NCBI GenBank assembly: GCA_963745235.1
Contig: CAVUXE010000054.1
Span: 98,355-162,354, forward strand
Origin: an uncultured Spirochaetota bacterium
GTDB taxonomy: Bacteria > Spirochaetota > Spirochaetia > SZUA-6 > Fen-1364
DNA: 64,000 bases
Reading direction: 5' to 3'
The position numbers and the translations under genes were made by a program. Of the stretch, positions 58,809-64,000 are shown in pieces (position 1 is the stretch's first letter; every line of letters begins with the position of its first letter). The notes beneath the pieces were generated by a model. It ran no database searches and was not told where the DNA came from. It saw only the letters and a list, made by a program, of their open reading frames with translations.

Positions 58809-59312
58809 TCAGAGCGGAGCCTTGAATTTGAGCTTCTCCACACAGTGGCCGATCAAGTAGATCGACCCATCCTTGAAGTTGGCTATGTCACCTGTCGTAG
58901 TATCAAGCGTACCTTCCGTGCCTGCGAACTTGCCGGTGGCAGCCACGATTTTGCCTCCACCTTTGCCGGGGCCGGCGGCAGGAGTATCCCAGATCTGCCA
59001 AACCATCTTGTCTCCATCTTTGTCCATGAAGGTAAGATAGCCGAAGTCGTGGACTACGTTCTTTTCCCCAAACAGGACGAGCTTGTTGTCCGCAGACATG
59101 TTATCTAGCGCAGCCACTCCCGGGGTGGAAACGTCGATTTTCACTCCCCGATAGTCAACGATGGCGACCCAGTGGTCTTGATCAATGACCGTAACTTGTG
59201 GGGTTCCGGTCTGGTACAGCGTTCCCTTGACAGTCATTTGCGTCTGGGCAAATACGACCCCTCCCAAAGCAAGAGTAAATACCACGAATACAGCAAGTAC
59301 TCGCCACTTCAT
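58809..59312 (-). CDS. Exported beta-rich hypothetical protein (paralog 1)
   Basis: MKWRVLAV...VFAQTQM signal peptide and MDKDGD..VW.IWD...GGGKIVAATGKFAGTEGT. RBS GGAGG. Confidence 0.8.
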   Translation of the reverse strand: MKWRVLAVFVVFTLALGGVVFAQTQMTVKGTLYQTGTPQVTVIDQDHWVAIVDYRGVKIDVSTPGVAALDNMSADNKLVLFGEKNVVHDFGYLTFMDKDGDKMVWQIWDTPAAGPGKGGGKIVAATGKFAGTEGTLDTTTGDIANFKDGSIYLIGHCVEKLKFKAPL

Positions 59313-59337
59313 ATTCCAACCTCCTACAGTTTGACTC

Positions 59338-59362
59338 AAGAAGGGGCTTCGCCCCCCGTCTT
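59338..59362 (-). terminator. Hairpin/weak terminator between the paralogs
   Basis: Minus strand GGGGC-GAA-GCCCC-TTCTT. Confidence 0.45.
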
Positions 59363-59374
59363 GTCTTGCCGTTC

Positions 59375-59875
59375 CTACATTGGATTCTTCAACGTCAGGT
59401 TCCAGACCTCCTTGCAGATCGTGCGGCTTGAGTCTGGTGGAAAGCCTTTCGGAGTGGGTTGAAGAACAAAATCCACCGTCCCTTCCATCCCTTCAAACTT
59501 GCCTGTCGCACCTATCAGCTTGCCTTTGCCCTTGTTGGTGCCAGCAGGGAAATCCCAAATCTCCCAGACCAGGCTGTCGCCATCCTTGTCCATATGGGTC
59601 TCGTATCCGTGGTATCGCGCAACCCCCTTGTCCACGTACATGATCATTGCGACGTGAGTCGCAAGATTGTTGAATGGACCTTTTCCGGTGTCGTCAACCC
59701 TGACGCCGGGTTGTTCACCGATACCAACCAAATGGTCTTTATCGACGGGCATAAACTTCCAGGTGATCGAACCGTAGTTGACTCCTGTGGAGACCATTTG
59801 GGTTTGAGCAAAGACTTGTCCTCCTACGCACAGCGCCAAAACCACACAAAGAACCGCCACTACTCGCCACTTCAT
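59375..59875 (-). CDS. Exported beta-rich hypothetical protein (paralog 2)
   Basis: MKWRVVAV...VFAQTQM and MDKDGD..VWEIWD...GKGKLIGATGKFEGMEGT. RBS AGGAGG. Confidence 0.8.
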   Translation of the reverse strand: MKWRVVAVLCVVLALCVGGQVFAQTQMVSTGVNYGSITWKFMPVDKDHLVGIGEQPGVRVDDTGKGPFNNLATHVAMIMYVDKGVARYHGYETHMDKDGDSLVWEIWDFPAGTNKGKGKLIGATGKFEGMEGTVDFVLQPTPKGFPPDSSRTICKEVWNLTLKNPM

Positions 59876-59924
59876 GTTTCGCCTCCTGTTTGAGATTCCC
59901 TCGTTTGGGAATGATCAAGCCTCC

Positions 59925-60129
59925 ATTCTACGCTTCCCGATTGTCTTCGGCATGCGTAAGAACTACGTAATTCTGCCTTGAGTTCTGGAAACGGACCTTG
60001 GATGCACCGCCAGGGACAACGCAAGAGTGCTATGGCCGTGTTAACCGGAATCACCAGCCGAATTGGCGGAAAAGCCCCTGGAATTACGTAGATACTACGC
60101 ATGCGCACGTGCACCAAGCGCTGTAGAAT
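59925..60129. promoter_or_regulatory. Mirror-image divergent promoters, each with a 24-bp box 19 nt upstream of TAGAAT
   Basis: Minus: GAATTACGTAGTTCTTACGCATGC (59973-59950), -10 at 59930-59925. Plus: GAATTACGTAGATACTACGCATGC (60081-60104), -10 at 60124-60129. 21/24 identical. Confidence 0.75.
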
Positions 60130-60156
60130 ACAGTTGGTCAAGCATGAGGTCACAAA

Positions 60157-60408
60157 GTGTCGAAGTATTTCCCACTATCCAAGAGGTTTCCTTCCCTTTC
60201 TCGGCGAGAGATTGAAGTATGCTCCCTTGTTGCAGGTCGGCTCAGTACATCGGAGATCGCCACGTGCCTGTCTATCGCCAATAGGACTGTCGAGAAGCAC
60301 CTTGAAAGCATCTTTGAAAAGCTTGAAATACATTCTCGGGAAGAGTTGAGGTTCAAAATGGGAATTCAACTGTCCCTCGAAATGCTACGTTCCCCAAAGA
60401 GGACGTAA
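60157..60408 (+). CDS. Stand-alone LuxR-type HTH protein
   Basis: LSRREIEVCSLVAGRLSTSEIATCLSIANRTVEKHLESIFEKLEIHSREEL. GAGG lies 7 nt before the GTG. Confidence 0.8.
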   Translation: MSKYFPLSKRFPSLSRREIEVCSLVAGRLSTSEIATCLSIANRTVEKHLESIFEKLEIHSREELRFKMGIQLSLEMLRSPKRT

Positions 60409-60631
60409 TTGAAGGTTTCACTCACATGTCTGCCAGACCTCGAAAAGGAGCGGCTCGCGGCCCAGTCCGGATACCGGGACTGGAATAGCATTGGGCGCCG
60501 GAAAGGATCTGCACATTTCAGCGTAACGGCCGCCAGATCGCGAAGTCACGAATGCGCTACGACGCAGAGACGTCCGCGCGCCGTTCGTCTGCGCCGCATT
60601 CGGCTAGTATATTGGAGAACAAGGAAAGGGA

Positions 60632-63010
60632 ATGATGGCGAACGTTCATCTTGCCTTTCTCGGTCCCCCGACGATCGAGCTCGACGGAGTTCCCGTCCGC
60701 TTCGACACCCGGAAGGCCGTTGCCCTCATAGCATACCTCGCCGTGATGGGGAAGCCCGTCAGCCGTGACACCCTGGTCAACCTTCTGTGGTCCCGCTACG
60801 GTCGGGCCGAAGGACACGGGGCGCTGCGGCGGACGCTTTCGACGATCCGAAGCTCACTGGGCAGGGAGTTCATCGATGCGGAGCGGGAAGCAATCTGCCT
60901 GTCCGAATCCGCGGACACCTGGATAGATCTTCTTCGCTGCAAAGAGCTGCTCGATCTGGCCAGGAGCCATCCCCACAGGCAGCAGGCGATCTGCCGGGCA
61001 TGCCTGCCGCTGCTCCTTGAGGCGGCGAAACTGTATCAGGGAGAGTTCCTTCTCGGGTTCACGCTGAAGGATAGCGCCGAGTTCGATGACTGGCAGCTCT
61101 TCACAACGGAGAAGTATCGGCTGGAAGCCTCGCAGGTCCTGGAACGGCTTGTGCTCTGCTGCGCCGCAGCCGGAGATCTCGGCTCGGCCATCTCCTATGC
61201 TCAAGAGCGGCTTGGTCTCGACCCGCTGGATGAGAAGGCGCACGCTACGCTGATGGGGCTGTTTGCCTGGGACGGCAACAGGGCCGCAGCAAAGCACCAG
61301 TTCGAGAAGTGCCGGCAGCTGCTGGAAAAGGAGCTGAACAGTCCTCCCCGTGAGGAAACCGTGCAGCTGGCCGAATGGATTGCGCAAGGGAATCTGCCCC
61401 AACGACCCTCGTTCACGGAGGAAGCCGCGGAAACGGCGCCGGCGAATCACAAGGAACCTGGCGAAGCCACTCCCCATGCCCCAGCCAGCTTTTCCAGAAC
61501 ACGGATTGCGGTCCTTCCCCTGGCCAACATCAGCGCTGATCCGAAGGACGAGTACTTCGCGGACGGTTTGACGGAAGAGCTGATTTCTGCGGTATCCAAC
61601 ATAGGCGGCCTGAAGACCATCTCTCGCGCGTCCGCGATGCGTTTCAAGTCCACGAACAAGTCCGTGACCGAGATCGCCGCTGAGCTTCACGTGGGAGCCG
61701 TGGTAGAGGGGAGCGTCAGGAAGGCGGGGGATCGGGTGCGCATCAGCATCCACCTGGTGGACGTTCAGGATGACGAGCACCTCTGGTCCCAGGACTACGA
61801 CAGGCAACTGGAGGACATATTCGCCATCCAGAGCGACATCGCGGACAAGGTGGCCCGGGCGCTGCGCATCCACATCCTGGACCAGGAGCGGGAGAGGATT
61901 CACAGAAGGGCAACCCGGAACCTGACCTCGTACAACCTGTACCTGAAAGGGCTCCACGAGAGGGCAGAAGGGACAGAGGACTCATACAGCAGCGCCATCC
62001 GGTATTTCCAGGAAGCGCTGAAAGAGGACCCGGGTTTTGCGCTTGCCCATGCCGGGCTTGGAGACTGCTACGGGTCTTTGTTCCGGCCGGGTGACCTTGT
62101 GGAGGAAGAGGCTTATCTCTCTCCAAGAGACAGCTTTCTCAAGGCGGAAGAGTATGCCCGCAGCGCCCTGGCGCTCGACAATTCCGTTGCGGAGGCTCAC
62201 GCGACCTTGGGAGCGGTCATGACCGCGTACTACTACGACCAGGCCGGCGCGGAAGGAGAGTTCAAGCGCGCCTTGGAGCTGAACCCCAACTATGGGAAGG
62301 TCAGCAGCTCGTATGGCGTCTACCTGGCGTGCATGGGAAGGCTGGATGAGGCGACCGCGGAGATCGCCAGGGCCCAGGAGCTCAACCCGCTCGCCTTGGA
62401 CGTGACCAGCTGCGCGGCCACGATCTTCGGTTGCGCTCACCAGTTCGAGAGGTCCGTGGAAGCCTGCGAGAGAATGTTCAGGATCGACAAGGACTTTCTT
62501 CCCGCTTATCGCAACCTCGCAGAAGCCTACTACGATAAGTCCCGGTTCGAAGATGCAATCAGGGTTCTGGAGAAGGCGCTCCCGTTCTCTCACGGCGACT
62601 CGCTGGTCAAAGCCCACCTTGCATTTTCGCACGCCCGCTCGGAGAGGACGGGGAAAGCGCGCAGCCTGCTGGCGGAGCTCAGGGAGGAATCAAAGAGGAA
62701 GTACGTGCCTCCCGTCGCCTTTGCCCTGGTGCACTGCGGGCTTCATGAAAACGCTCAGGCCATCGAGTGGCTCGGAAAGGCATACGAAGAGCGCGCCGGC
62801 AGCGCGGTTCTATCCGTTAACGTCCGCCCCATGTGGACGAGCCTGCGCTCGGAACCTGCGTTCACCCGGCTGCTGGGAAAAATGGGGCTCCCCGCGCCAC
62901 ACGGGCTGATGCACAGCGTCGAGCCGGCCAAACACCTGCGGCGCTCCCTGTCTCAGATAATCGTCCGTGCTACCGGTATTGCGGGCGGCTGCAAAGCGAT
63001 AATCGTTTGA
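60632..63010 (+). CDS. SARP/BTAD transcriptional activator fused to TolB-like domain and TPR repeats
   Basis: LGPP, RKAVALIAYLA, LYQGEFL.GF...FDDW and LDPLDE (BTAD). IAVLPLAN, YFADGLTEELI and EGSVR (TolB-like). Multiple TPRs. Confidence 0.9.
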   Translation: MMANVHLAFLGPPTIELDGVPVRFDTRKAVALIAYLAVMGKPVSRDTLVNLLWSRYGRAEGHGALRRTLSTIRSSLGREFIDAEREAICLSESADTWIDLLRCKELLDLARSHPHRQQAICRACLPLLLEAAKLYQGEFLLGFTLKDSAEFDDWQLFTTEKYRLEASQVLERLVLCCAAAGDLGSAISYAQERLGLDPLDEKAHATLMGLFAWDGNRAAAKHQFEKCRQLLEKELNSPPREETVQLAEWIAQGNLPQRPSFTEEAAETAPANHKEPGEATPHAPASFSRTRIAVLPLANISADPKDEYFADGLTEELISAVSNIGGLKTISRASAMRFKSTNKSVTEIAAELHVGAVVEGSVRKAGDRVRISIHLVDVQDDEHLWSQDYDRQLEDIFAIQSDIADKVARALRIHILDQERERIHRRATRNLTSYNLYLKGLHERAEGTEDSYSSAIRYFQEALKEDPGFALAHAGLGDCYGSLFRPGDLVEEEAYLSPRDSFLKAEEYARSALALDNSVAEAHATLGAVMTAYYYDQAGAEGEFKRALELNPNYGKVSSSYGVYLACMGRLDEATAEIARAQELNPLALDVTSCAATIFGCAHQFERSVEACERMFRIDKDFLPAYRNLAEAYYDKSRFEDAIRVLEKALPFSHGDSLVKAHLAFSHARSERTGKARSLLAELREESKRKYVPPVAFALVHCGLHENAQAIEWLGKAYEERAGSAVLSVNVRPMWTSLRSEPAFTRLLGKMGLPAPHGLMHSVEPAKHLRRSLSQIIVRATGIAGGCKAIIV

Positions 63011-63104
63011 TACGATAATCCGCGTGACAGCCATCAGGTGTCCTCCTTTTCGCCAGGTGCAAAAAAACGCCCTGCAAAGTGTTGAATGGATTTTGAAGGA
63101 GATC

Positions 63105-63696
63105 ATGATGAAGGCATTTGTGCTATCTCTCATGTTCGGGCTGACAGCCTTTCTGCTTGTCGCCGAGGAACCGTCGACAACCTATAGTCGTTCGCTGTTC
63201 GAGTTAGGAACTTCTGTCACCATTGGAGATAGTTGGGCGGCGGACAACACCGGCTCCGGAATCTGCTACAAGTTCGCGCAGTACCTCAACCCATCGAGTC
63301 CGTCCAGTTTCTATTACGGCTTCCTCTCGGGGTACTTTTACCACATCGCGTGGGGGGATTGATCTGGCCGACACGAAATACGTCACGTTCGGCTGGCGAG
63401 GCCTGATTGCCCGGTGGCTGGGAGTGGACGCCAGCATTTCACCTGTCTTGGGCGCACGTATCTATGAGAATACCATCCAGGGGAGTGCCTACATGGGAGT
63501 CTGCCCCACTATCGGCTTCTATGTTCCCGTGAGCTCGCGCGTCGACTTCGCATTGTCCTACGAGCCAGTGTTCAACTTGTACACCTTTGATGGCAGCACG
63601 AGTGCAAAAAACAAGACCTACAACGACATCGTGTTCCTCGTTGAGTTCAAGAGCTTCTCTGAGGTGAAGAACATGACTGCTGATCAGGCGTGGTAG
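63105..63696 (+). CDS. Putative exported outer-membrane beta-barrel protein (frameshift in G-run near 63352)
   Basis: RBS AAGGAG and signal MMKAFVLSLMFGLTAFLLVA. Aromatic beta strands continue in ORF 63223-63696. Confidence 0.6.
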
Positions 63697-63742
63697 CCGT
63701 TATCGTTGACCCGCAGCCATGCGGATGGGATGAATAAGAAGC

Positions 63743-64000
63743 TCAGAATAGCTCCAGCTGTCCTTCCGCGTTGAAGAGACTTTCGGTGGAAAGTCCAATA
63801 AACGGAGCCACGGATTCCACGATGGGGCGTACTTGCTTTTGAACATAGTGCTCGTAGTCCAGCGGAGCGGTGGTCCTGCCCTCGGGCTGCGGACCTTGAG
63901 TGGTTATGACGTAGCGGATCAGCCCGGACCTTTCCTCCGGGGGAAGCAAGGCCGCCGCCCGGGCGTGCGGCGGTGAAGATTTCGTGTAGGCCTCAACAGG
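63743..64000 (-). CDS. polB: DNA polymerase II (family B), C-terminal fragment
   Basis: PPHARAA, IRYVITTQGPQP, LDYEHYVQKQVRPI and terminal beta-clamp motif QLELF. Confidence 0.9.
   Translation of the reverse strand, partial: PVEAYTKSSPPHARAAALLPPEERSGLIRYVITTQGPQPEGRTTAPLDYEHYVQKQVRPIVESVAPFIGLSTESLFNAEGQLELF

Noticed and set aside
1-64000. CRISPR array, tRNA/rRNA, transposase, prophage or anti-phage defence genes; retron/DGR/Abi interpretation of the RT
   Set aside because: No spaced repeat arrays, cloverleafs or such protein motifs were seen. The RT is embedded in a full group II intron with DV/DVI and EBS1.

Overview
GC-rich (roughly 60-65%) bacterial chromosome segment, most likely from a free-living spirochaete. 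The inference rests on solute-binding proteins with spirochaete-style 'A-G/N-G-x-x-E' N-termini, multiple sugar ABC operons and orphan FecR proteins. Contents: (i) mtnA, an MFS transporter, a chemoreceptor with an unusual C-terminal SpoIIAA/STAS-like domain, and a cobalamin-riboswitch-controlled btuB-tonB pair. (ii) Three carbohydrate-utilisation loci: GH116/LacI/ABC; a DeoR locus with isomerase, ABC, PfkB kinase, aldolase, RpiB-like isomerase, dehydrogenase and transketolase; and GH38/ABC/two-component system. (iii) Housekeeping and miscellaneous genes (rlmN, PurD-like ATP-grasp enzyme, KirBac channel, 3' end of polB). (iv) A complete RT-encoding group II intron inserted immediately after the ATG of a probably leaderless membrane-protein gene; its EBS1 contains CAU, and only non-canonical 3' ends restore the host frame. 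(v) A lower-GC island with two paralogous exported proteins and a mini LuxR gene controlled by mirror-image 24-bp boxes. At least eight single-base frameshifts indicate an unpolished (long-read/MAG) consensus. No tRNA, rRNA or CRISPR array was seen. All family calls are from motif recognition by eye, not database searches.
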